DNA of 64,000 bases from positions 82,228,893 through 82,292,892 of the forward strand of contig NC_068984.1 of assembly GCF_001194135.2 (NCBI RefSeq). Reading direction: 5' to 3'. The notes under the pieces are model-generated. The model was not told the DNA's origin. It did no database searches and worked only from the letters and a program-made list of their open reading frames with translations. This DNA is from Octopus bimaculoides. Taxonomy: Eukaryota. Below, piece by piece: positions 10,806 to 21,700 of this stretch. The stretch's first letter is position 1. Every line of letters begins with the position of its first letter. Position numbers and translations under genes: made by a program.

Positions 10806-11920
10806 TCAGTAGTGGCTAATGGAGCCACCTCTATGAAAACACAAATAGTGAGCGGTGTTCCACAGGGCACTGTCTTGGGACCATTGTTATTTATAGTCAC
10901 CCACTCAGATATGCCCTCAAGTGCCCAGATAGCCACCCTTGCAAGCTACGCAGACAATACAAAAGTCTCGCAGAAAATACAGAACTCCAGTGATGTTGCA
11001 TATCTGCAGCAGGAGTTGGACTCAATTTACAGATAGGCTGAGGATAATAATATGCAGTTTAATGCTGAAAAATTCCAAGCCCTGCGCTACCAACATCCAA
11101 AACTGAATATGAAACTTACAGAGTACACTGGTTCGCAGGGAATTTCAATCCCAGAGCCTAAATCAGTGAGAGACCAGGGTATCGACATGAGTGATGATAA
11201 CTCTTTCCATTGCATATTACCAGGATGGCGACAAAGTGCAGACGACTGGCTGGATGGATCCTGAGAACATTCAGAACCAGAGATAAGGAAACCATGATGA
11301 TCCTTTGGAGGACATTTGTCCTTAGGCGCCTGGATTACTGCTCACAGCTATGGTCACCCACCAATGTGAAATTAACAGCGGACCTTGAAGCAATCCAGAG
11401 AAGATTTACAAAGAAGATTGTCTCTTTGCAACTGCTCAGCTACTGGGAAAGGCTGAAACAGCTAAGACTCTACTCCCTGGAAAGAAGGCGGGAGAGGTAT
11501 GCAGTAATATACATCTGGAAGATCTTGGAAGGAATTGTGCCAAATTTTGGCATTGAAAGCTACACCAATGCCAGAACGGGACGACACTGCATAGTGCCAA
11601 AGATTCCAGCAATACCATCGCACTTCAGGACCAGTTACTGCAACAGTTTGGGTTTTAGGGGCCCACAGCTTTTTAATATTCTCCCAAAGAGCCTGAGAAA
11701 CCTGCGCAAAGTTGATGTAGGGGTTTTTAAATCAGAGCTGGACCTTTTCCTGTTGAGAGTCCCAGATGAACTTCCCTCACGGCAAGAGGTGCAGATGAGG
11801 GTAGCTACATCAAACTCCATTCTTCACCAAGTGCCACATGTTGGAGGATACGCTCAGTAATAACAGTGTAGCAAAACGGTGGTACATCAGCATGGCCACA
11901 GCTCTGAGCTGAAACTATAA
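10806..11920 (+). mobile_element. 5'-truncated CR1-clade LINE (reverse transcriptase C-terminal half plus 3' tail), with stops/frameshifts
   Basis: VVANGA..SGVPQGTVLGPLLF..YADNTK (RT core), MQFNAEKFQ, LDYCSQLWSP, LEAIQRRFTKKI, YWERLKQLRLYSLERRRER; ends in a tail cagcatggccacagctctgagctgaaac followed by an A-rich stretch. Confidence 0.9.
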
Positions 11921-11939
11921 AAAAATGAAAATAAAATAA

Positions 11940-12075
11940 TATATATATATATATATATATTGTGTAGATACATATAGATATATATATATATTGTGTAGAT
12001 ACATATAGATATATATATATATTGTGTAGATACATATAGATATATATATATTGTGTATATACATATAGATATATN
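11940..12075. repeat. About 30-bp minisatellite (tgtgtagatacatatagatatatatatat) x4, running into a gap
   Basis: Directly visible. Confidence 0.9.
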
Positions 12076-12617
12076 NNNNNNNNNNNNNNNNNNNNNNNNN
12101 NNNNNNNNNNNNNNNNNNNNNNNNNNNNNNNNNNNNNNNNNNNNNNNNNNNNNNNNNNNNNNNNNNNNNNNNNNNNNNNNNNNNNNNNNNNNNNNNNNNN
12201 NNNNNNNNNNNNNNNNNNNNNNNNNNNNNNNNNNNNNNNNNNNNNNNNNNNNNNNNNNNNNNNNNNNNNNNNNNNNNNNNNNNNNNNNNNNNNNNNNNNN
12301 NNNNNNNNNNNNNNNNNNNNNNNNNNNNNNNNNNNNNNNNNNNNNNNNNNNNNNNNNNNNNNNNNNNNNNNNNNNNNNNNNNNNNNNNNNNNNNNNNNNN
12401 NNNNNNNNNNNNNNNNNNNNNNNNNNNNNNNNNNNNNNNNNNNNNNNNNNNNNNNNNNNNNNNNNNNNNNNNNNNNNNNNNNNNNNNNNNNNNNNNNNNN
12501 NNNNNNNNNNNNNNNNNNNNNNNNNNNNNNNNNNNNNNNNNNNNNNNNNNNNNNNNNNNNNNNNNNNNNNNNNNNNNNNNNNNNNNNNNNNNNNNNNNNN
12601 NNNNNNNNNNNNNNNNN

Positions 12618-12649
<32 letters not shown>

Positions 12650-14763
12650 GACACACACACACATCACTGAACTGAGAGCGTCAGGTAAAAGTACCTTTCA
12701 GTATTTAACTGTATATGTTCAAATTGCGTTTAGTTCAACTTTGACGTTCATACATCTGATAGAATAAGTACCAGTTGAGCAGTGTGATGAATATAATCGA
12801 TATATAAATATATATAGAAACTGAAGTGTATTCTCGATCCTCTGAATTCTTTTAATTCGTGCTGTTTTCATGCGTTGTGTGGGTGGTTGGCTACTAAAAC
12901 ATACTGAATGCGTGTTATTGCACAACTTGTTTATTGTAATCACATACATAACATGTCCACTCGTTTATGGGAACGTATTTATCTAAGCAGGTGTGTTAAG
13001 AATGATCTGTATCCAAATTAGAGAGAAAGAGAGGGAGGGAGAGAGAGAGAGAGAAGTTTGTCTTTTTATTTAACAAAAGAAAACGAAGCAAAAAAAAAAA
13101 AAATCACCTGCTTCATCCGTAAGAAATTCCCTGAATGGACTGTAGCGAACTACATATTTATTATAGTAGGAAGCATTTTCACAGATTTAATTGTCGTTAT
13201 CGGGGATGGTTGACACGAAAAAAAAAAAGGCCGATGTTCTGTTGTTACTTTTACATTTAGAACTACCACCTCCACTGGTAGCCTATTAGTGTTACTGGAG
13301 TAAAAACAGCAGCGTGTCTTTGTTGATGTTATTAACGAGTTCACATAGAAACATCCGTGTCTTCAGCACACTTGTTTCGTAAGTGGTGTCGTGTACAAGT
13401 GCTGTAGGAGCTTTATACATTTCAATATTACAAGCATGGAAAGCTAGCGACCGACTGTATCGTTATATCTGTATCGTCCTCTGTTTTCTGCAACGAAAAC
13501 ACTATTTTTCTCATTTTGGCTTATAGGATTTACAAATGGTGTTTAATACTGCGATCTCTGTTGTCAGGTGTGGATATCTTTTGATTGTTTTTACTTAAAA
13601 AAAAATATATCGTTATGTTAAAATTAATGACAAATTGTTAGCGTTGAGGAGTAAAAAAAATAATAATTGAATTTGCATGAAGTATTAATTATTTTAAATA
13701 TTTACAAACACAAACATCAACACTCATATATAATTATTTCATTATAAATTCTCAAACTTAGACAACTTAAAGAAATCTATTTTGTTCTATTATTTCTAGC
13801 AGACGAAAGGAAATTATAATTGCGCAATACATTTGTTTACATACACAACGACTCGATTCTTTAAAGTTAAAGATAAGGAACATAGACAGTCGTTTCCATT
13901 AATTTCGAACGTTTCAACGGAATGTATTTTCATAAATAAGGCAATAATTTCTCATATTCTTTACATGAAATATTATACATAAAATACTGTACACCAAGCA
14001 TCACATATGTCTTTACGTAAATGCGGACGTATGTGTGTGAGTGTAATGTATATGTATAAATGTATGAAATACACACACACACATTGATAATTTCTTCGGT
14101 TCTGATTGTTTAAAACGCATCATAGATTACGAATCTGAGAGAGGAAAATGTGGGGGAGCTTTTTTTTTTTTTTTTTTTTTATTCCACTCCTGTTTCCGTA
14201 ATCTTGAGCTTTGACATTTTTTCGGGAATTTTTTTTGTTATTTATTGTAAGCATAATTGAATCTTTTTAAAATCCTTCCTACTTTCAGAATTTTTTCAAA
14301 TTTGCTGAACAGTTTTGCATGTTGACGAAAATCACGTTCATTTTTCTGAAGAGATTAATAATAATAATAATCCTTTCTACTATTCTATAAATATGTTTAC
14401 AAGCCTTTAAAGCTTGACAGTTTAACTAATTGGAATCCCTTTGCAATCAAAAGTCCATCAAAAGGAAGGATTTTAAAAAGATACACATAATTTTGTAAAA
14501 AGACATGTCAAATGTTTTAAAAGATACAATGTAAAGAACTTTTTAAAAATCCAAACTGAAAACTGAAGAGAGGGTTCCGCTATCCAAAAAAAGAAAAAAA
14601 AAGGAAAATATGCAAAGAGAGACAAAAAGTTTGCAGGTTCACAATCTACGATGCTTACATCATACCGGTGTGCAAAAATACCTTTTTTGGTGCATTAGAT
14701 AATTACCAACCTTATACTTACTATATATTGTATATAAGCATTTTATAGCATGTGTGTGTGTAT

Positions 14764-14794
<31 letters not shown>

Positions 14795-14799
14795 ATGAT

Positions 14800-15018
14800 A
14801 ATAACGGTTTGAAGTTTTGGCACAAGGCTCACAATTTGGGGGAAGGTGCTAAATTGATTACATCGACCCTAGTGTTCAACTGGTACTTAATTTATCTCAA
14901 CTCCAAAAGGATGAAAGCAAGGTCAACCCCGGCAGTATTTGAACTCAGAATGTAAGGACAGTTGAAATGTTGTTATGCATTTCATCTGGCGTGCTAAAGA
15001 TTCTGCTAGCTCACTGCC
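14800..15018 (-). mobile_element. Second tRNA-derived SINE family (octopus OR-like)
   Basis: Reverse strand ggcagtgagctagcagaatc...ttctgagttcaaat (B-box-like)...ctttcatcctttt..gataaattaagtaccag. Copies near 1810-1930, 35750-35835, 44450-44580, 44770-44992, 54480-54590 and 62560-62665. Confidence 0.7.
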
Positions 15019-15597
15019 TTTTAATAGTAATAGTAATAATTTTGATGAGAAAAAGAGAAATTCAAATCAATATTTTGATCATTTCAATAAATCATTGCTG
15101 TTTATTCCATACAGCATATAATGTTATGTAATACATACGTTTCTTTGGTTTTCAGAATACTATGTTTGTCAGGTTTCTATATAAAGTGCTGATGAGATGA
15201 TTATAATTATCTCTACAATTTTTACCCCCCCCCCCCACACACACACACGTTCTCTTCTATTTTTAATTATTTGAACTTTTCCTGTAAGGAAGGATCTTGT
15301 TTCTAACGAAGACACAAAGCTCCATTGTTGGGATGTAGATAACAAAAACATGTTGAACTTGAGAAAAGTGTTGCATATTTTTACTGTTCCACTTATAGAC
15401 TGTATATTTGATATGTGTTAACAAACTGATATCTTTTTTATGAAAACCCTAGCTTTTCCAGATAGTCACTTAGTCATTTACTAACAAACCTAAATGCACC
15501 AATTATCATTATTGGTATTATGTGAATTCATAAAATGGGTATAGAAGTTGTAAGTTTCGGAGCAGTATTCTGTAGTTATTATCTTTCCCTTCAATTT

Positions 15598-16050
15598 TCA
15601 AGGAGATATCACATCAGCAGGGCAGCTCTGTGATGGTACATACTTTTTCTTGTCTGGCCCAAACAACTCTATCTGGCATGTCATGCTTGCACTTGGTAGA
15701 AGTTTTGATGGGAATGTTCCATCAATATATTTATGTTTGTATTCAATAACAGGAACATTCTCTACATTTATCCCAAGACAAGCTTTTTTGTTGGGGTAGA
15801 TAATGTATATTGTTTTAAGAGGTAATACCTTGATGACATATTTTGGGCAACTTCTATTCACATGCAGGTCTTTTTCAGAAATGTTACATCACTGACATTT
15901 TCAGTTGCATCTTAAGCCCCAAAGGTTTCACTGTCTCTTTTTTTAAATCAGTATCTTATAGCATTCATCTGCTCTTGGATTCAAGCACAAAAACCTTCAA
16001 AATGTGGTGTGATGAAGTAATCATGGGTCCAAGAAAGCCTTCATTTTATT
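15598..16050 (-). mobile_element. Possible Penelope-like element remnant (GIY-YIG endonuclease)
   Basis: Across frameshifts the reverse strand reads FYQVQ..CQIE..GQTRKSMYHHR (15620-15702), resembling VYxIxCxxCxxxYIGQTxRSLxxR. Confidence 0.35.
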
Positions 16051-16362
16051 CCAATATTAATGTTCTTTTCAACACTGAGTCATCAACTCAGAATGAGCCA
16101 CCAAATTCTCTACTTTCTCACCACATACATCTCTTACTCCCCTCACCCACTATACTAGCCCCTCTCTTCCCCATCTATTCCTGCAGCTTATTTAACATCA
16201 CGGTATCTCCCATTCATCCTTCTCCTGTCTACTGCATCATAATTACTATTCTGCTGATCTGCACTGTCAGTCATCTACTCACCCTTCACTCCTGGTCTTT
16301 TATTCCCACACATTCCTACCCATCTCCCATTCAGTAAACAATATATATATATATATACCGGC

Positions 16363-16390
16363 CATGACGAAGGGAAATAGCCCTGAAACT
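16363..16390 (+). ncRNA. Partial minimal hammerhead-ribozyme-like motif
   Basis: (A)TGACGA-AGGG-aaatag-CCCT-GAAAC: core with a C3>A deviation and a 4-bp stem II; the remainder lies in the N gap. Confidence 0.35.
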
Positions 16391-18420
16391 NNNNNNNNNN
16401 NNNNNNNNNNNNNNNNNNNNNNNNNNNNNNNNNNNNNNNNNNNNNNNNNNNNNNNNNNNNNNNNNNNNNNNNNNNNNNNNNNNNNNNNNNTTTTGTGTCC
16501 CGTTTCGATTGGAGCCTCCAGCTGTATGAAGATTTCACCCTCTCCTGTCAGAAAATGGCTTCAGGAGTTGTGTAGAAAGAATTTGTACGTAGTCTGTTTG
16601 TGAGAGCTATTCTATTAGACATCTGCCTAATCATTAAAAGATTTATTTAATTATGAACATAGAAAGAAATTATACATTAATCGCAATTTTTGTAAGCAGT
16701 TTTATCCGTAAAAATTTTATTTGCAGAGAGCAGAAATTGAAAGATATATGAAACGGATGTGCGTGTGTGTGTATGTGTATGTGAGAGAGAAAGAGGGTAA
16801 GAAAGAGTGATAGAGTGAGTGAGTGAAGTTGTGTGTCATTAACTTACGTTGGCTGGCACGGCAAGTATGAAGCTTTTGATTTAGCAGGAGTTGATTTGTG
16901 TTTTATCTCTCGGTCAATGGTCGGACAAGTGAAAAGGAAAGGCAATTTTTTGAAGTGGCTGGCGAATGAAGAGACATGGACAGTTTTATGACTGAACTTT
17001 TTAAGTTGTGGTGAGAGGGGAGAGTTGATGTGCATGCATATGTCTGTGTGTGTGTGAGTGTGTATGTTTGATGGGGTGCGCGCCACAGGGAGAGTAATGT
17101 TGATGGTGTATATATATATGAGAGAGAGAGAGAAATAAATGAAATTTATCATTCCGTTTATTTATTTATTATATGTATATATGTATGAATGGCTTCAGTG
17201 ACACACGCAGACACGCACACACACCGGTTGTTTTAATCGATTTTCTCTGTAAGTATAGGGGCTAGGAAAAAATAGAAAGTGCATTCCAATCTATGCACCC
17301 GTCTCCACATGTGTGCCATTTTTCATGTGAATCCATCAAGCTGTTTGGTCGTGAGCCTCAAGACAAGAAAGAATACAACTGTCAGCAAACTTCAATTATA
17401 TTATAGATATATGTATATATATATGTTGTTTTCACTGTCGAATTTTTCCTGTCTTGGTTTACGTTTGCCACCTTGGAATCCTCTGTTTAGTGGGTCGATC
17501 CACTACTCAGGAAGAGACTATTCTAGAGTACGTTCTGCCTTATCTTCGAAACGTCTAGTTAGAATAGAGGCAGCTGATGAATAATTCCAAGTGGCTTTCT
17601 GTTTTCCTATGTGTTCGTTCCGTTGTCTGTAGTTCATGGTTCTAACGTCCTGTACCCTGATATGCATCTATATACACATGTAGATGTAAGTATATACATA
17701 TATGTGTGTATACATGCATATATATTCTTTGTATTATATATATATATATATANNNNNNNNNNNNNNNNNNNNNNNNNNNNNNNNNNNNNNNNNNNNNNNN
17801 NNNNNNNNNNNNNNNNNNNNNNNNNNNNNNNNNNNNNNNNNNNNNNNNNNNNNNNNNNNNNNNNNNNNNNNNNNNNNNNNNNNNNNNNNNNNNNNNNNNN
17901 NNNNNNNNNNNNNNNNNNNNNNNNNNNNNNNNNNNNNNNNNNNNNNNNNNNNNNNNNNNNNNNNNNNNNNNNNNNNNNNNNNNNNNNNNNNNNNNNNNNN
18001 NNNNNNNNNNNNNNNNNNNNNNNNNNNNNNNNNNNNNNNNNNNNNNNNNNNNNNNNNNNNNNNNNNNNNNNNNNNNNNNNNNNNNNNNNNNNNNNNNNNN
18101 NNNNNNNNNNNNNNNNNNNNNNNNNNNNNNNNNNNNNNNNNNNNNNNNNNNNNNNNNNNNNNNNNNNNNNNNNNNNNNNNNNNNNNNNNNNNNNNNNNNN
18201 NNNNNNNNNNNNNNNNNNNNNNNNNNNNNNNNNNNNNNNNNNNNNNNNNNNNNNNNNNNNNNNNNNNNNNNNNNNNNNNNNNNNNNNNNNNNNNNNNNNN
18301 NNNNNNNNNNNNNNNNNNNNNNNNNNNNNNNNNNNNNNNNNNNNNNNNNNNNNNNNNNNNNNNNATATGTATATGACCATCCCCAAGTACAACAACATTA
18401 TATATATATATATATATACT

Positions 18421-18709
18421 CTTTTACTTGTTTCACTCATTTGACTGTGGCCATGTTGGAGCACCACCTTTTAATCGAGCAAATCAACCCCAGGACTTAT
18501 TCTTTGTAAGCCTAGTACTTATTCTATCGGTATCTTTTTGCTGAACTGCTAAGTTACAGGGACGTGAACACACCAACAACGGTTGTCAAGCGATGTTGTG
18601 GGGACAAACACAGACATACAAACATATACACATGCATACATATATATATGTATATACACATATATGACGGGCTTCTTTCAATTTCCGTCTACCAAATCCA
18701 CTCATAAGG
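18421..18709 (-). mobile_element. Same SINE family, 3' part (cut by a gap)
   Basis: catttgactgtggccatgttggagcacc...acgggcttctttca...accaaatccactc. Further fragments near 30238-30350(+), 33990-34150(+), 49600-49700(+) and 63355-63500(-). Confidence 0.75.
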
Positions 18710-21700
18710 NNNNNNNNNNATATATATATATACATACTATAGATAAATAATATATAAACATATAATATGCATATATAACATATATATATGTAATATATGT
18801 ATTATATATATATATAGGTGGCATGTATGTTCACTCTGAATGCTACTTCCAAAATCTGCATATATACAGATAGTATTGAGTTTACGTATGTACTATTGTG
18901 AGTACACAAGTGCACACATACACATGTATAAAAAATTAGTCTTTTTTTTTTTAGAGTTATCTACCTTGGTTACTAATTCCCACCCACTTTCAAATGTATA
19001 TAGTAGAATTCAATTTTCATTCGTTATGAAATTTAAACAAAAGGGTGTAAGCTAGTTATTAATTAATATACCTGTGTGATGTGTATTATATATACTTCCA
19101 TTTATATATTTGTATATAAATGCATCTATATATAATACACACTACAACTGCCTGTCCATCTTTTATTATTCTTTCATTAATTCAATCGCTACATTTCCTA
19201 TAGCCAGTTCTTGCTTGCATGGATTCTATGTCTGTTCATTTGACGTTGGATTTTTGGTATTTGATCCAGTCTGATGCCTAATCTTCCTGTATCTATTATA
19301 TGCCATTTGAGGCACTCTTACCATTACATGTGTGTGTGAACAGAAACACACACATACACATTTAAGAACATTCAGGTAAGAGTTTTTGTCAGAGCATCCT
19401 GTTTTCTTTCTCCCTTACTGTTTCTTATTACTATCTCAATTTAATGTATATATGTCTAATGTGGAGGGAACAGCATTCATAGCCTTCTTAGGCCTCCAAG
19501 ATTGGAAGTTCCAATACATTTAGATGAGGTTACTGTTTAGTGGCAACATATGGAGGTAAAATCTAAACAGATAAAAACTTCAGATTCAGGCAATTCTGAA
19601 GGGTAGCAATCATGATACTGTTTTGTATCAGTATCTTTTATGTTGGGGCTGAGGCGTGTTGGAGAAGTATAGGAGAAAGATATAGGCAATGTCTAATTGC
19701 AGCATGGTATATTGAGAGCTAGAAAGATCAAAGGAGAAAAGCCATTGTAATGTTAGAGAAAGAGACATTAGAAGAGTATAGTGTATAAGTGGGTTGGAAG
19801 ATGGTAACTAAATTTTCAATGCTTCTGTGAATGTAATGCAGAATGGGGTGGGGAGAAGAAGGAGAGAGTAAGGGAGTTGTTTATTGGTTGAGAATAATAT
19901 TTTTGAATATGAAGAAGAAATCCAACTGTTGTACTAACATTTTTAGTTATGTGAAAAATGAAGGTGTCTCAAGAATTTGTTTGAAGATTGTTAGGCATGT
20001 TAATATTAGCAGATATGTATCTTTTGGGGTACACACATACTGCTACATGAATGTGTGTGTGTGTGTGTGTGTGTACAATATATATATGTATGGTTGTAAA
20101 AGAAAAACTTGAAGTACCAATCAAATCTATATTATCAATATGTGTGTATATTTATAAAGCAATCTGGGTGACCATGTTGTATGAGCTACTTTAGGTTTTG
20201 TACTCAGCTTATTGAAAACCCTATTTATTTCTATACATTCATAAGAATTATGAAAAAATATTTTCAAAAACATCTCTCTTAATTTTTTTCAAACTATTTT
20301 CATGGTTCCTTGTAACATTTGTAGATATTGACCTGAATAGGCAATGATTTTCTGTCTTACCTACAGCTATCAGTACCATACTGCTATTAGTGGTTTTAGA
20401 CCTCCATGCTAAGGTCTGAAGATTCATGTTTATTTTTTCTTTTGGTGGTGAGAGGACTTACAGGCAGTGGTTTCCTGTTGGATTTTGCTGAGTTTTATAA
20501 TTTACTCTGCTAGTCTCCTAGTTTACATTTAGGCAGATCCTCTGGTTCACATAACCTCAGGGCACATCCACTCACCAATGCACCAATGTGACACATGTCT
20601 AGAAACCAGCCCTTTTCCAAGTCCTGATATCTTAGCTATAGGATCATCTTCGATTTAACCCATAACTGGGTCCCTCGACAGGTGCTACCATCAGCTGGCC
20701 ACAACAGACCTGGCAGTATGGGGCTAACTCCATACTTACCACAACTGATAAACTTTTGTACCGGAGCATCATCACTGGATACAGCTTAATGAAAATTTGG
20801 TTTCTCTTAGCCTAAAATAGTTAAATTTTTCACCTTTTACTGAAGATTTCCATGAAGTGAAATATTTTAAAGAGTCAATAAAACTTTGAAATAAAAAGGG
20901 TAGTGATTGTGAAATCTAAAACAGCCCTACCATACGTTCAATTGTATTGCCTTATAATTACAAATACATTACTCTGCAGCTCTGTATTGAGTCTTACATA
21001 TTTGTTGATATATTTTTCTATTATTTTCAAGTATTGTACTACACACACACACACACACACACACACATGCAGTGAACAAATGAAAGTAGCATACAACATA
21101 TGTGGTTAGAGTTATAAGCATTTTTTAACAATTTGACTCCATTCTACCTCATAGTTTCATAGGTACAGATGTACATTTACATTTTCAGATGTATAGTGTC
21201 AGAGTTAGGAGAAATGCAAGTGGTTTCTAGATGAGAATATTTGGGGGCCTCCATTAGTCATTTCACATGAATAGTTTGATAGATAGCAATAGGAGATAAC
21301 TTTATATATGCTTCCATGTGACTAGCGCAGCAGCTTAGTGGTATCAGATAGTCAGTGACATGTAAGGTTTGGCCTTTGGTTTTAAATTCATTAACAGTTC
21401 ATTGACAGGGCATATATTTGATGACAACTATAAGGTCAGTTTTCTTGTTTCTAGATATTGTACATTGTTGTAGTATACATAGTTTTTCTTAGAGGCAGAA
21501 CTGGTAATTATGAACACCAAGTGAGTAGTCCTACCAAGGATGTTCCACATGATTTGAGGAAGTTGTTTCCTGTCTCTGAGTCTCTAAACTTTAAAATGAT
21601 GTGAGTGCCTGCTGTTGAATGCAGTTCTGTTTTCTTGATTAACAATGCAGTGAAATTCTTTTCTTTCCAACTATATAATTCTTTCTTATTGATCATTGAC

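Noticed and set aside
11805-12670. Long ORFs of 200-320 aa here and at 17611-18509, 36063-36721, 40139-40514 and 41980-43090
   Set aside because: They run through N gaps and (TA)n/(TC)n/(CA)n tracts, giving X, YI, SL or HT repeats; not genes.
17500-17590. cgaaacgtc and ctgatga close together, suggesting a hammerhead
   Set aside because: No CUGANGA core is positioned 5' of the gaaga/tcttc stem, and the downstream ctgatga has no following stem-GAAA; at most a decayed relic.
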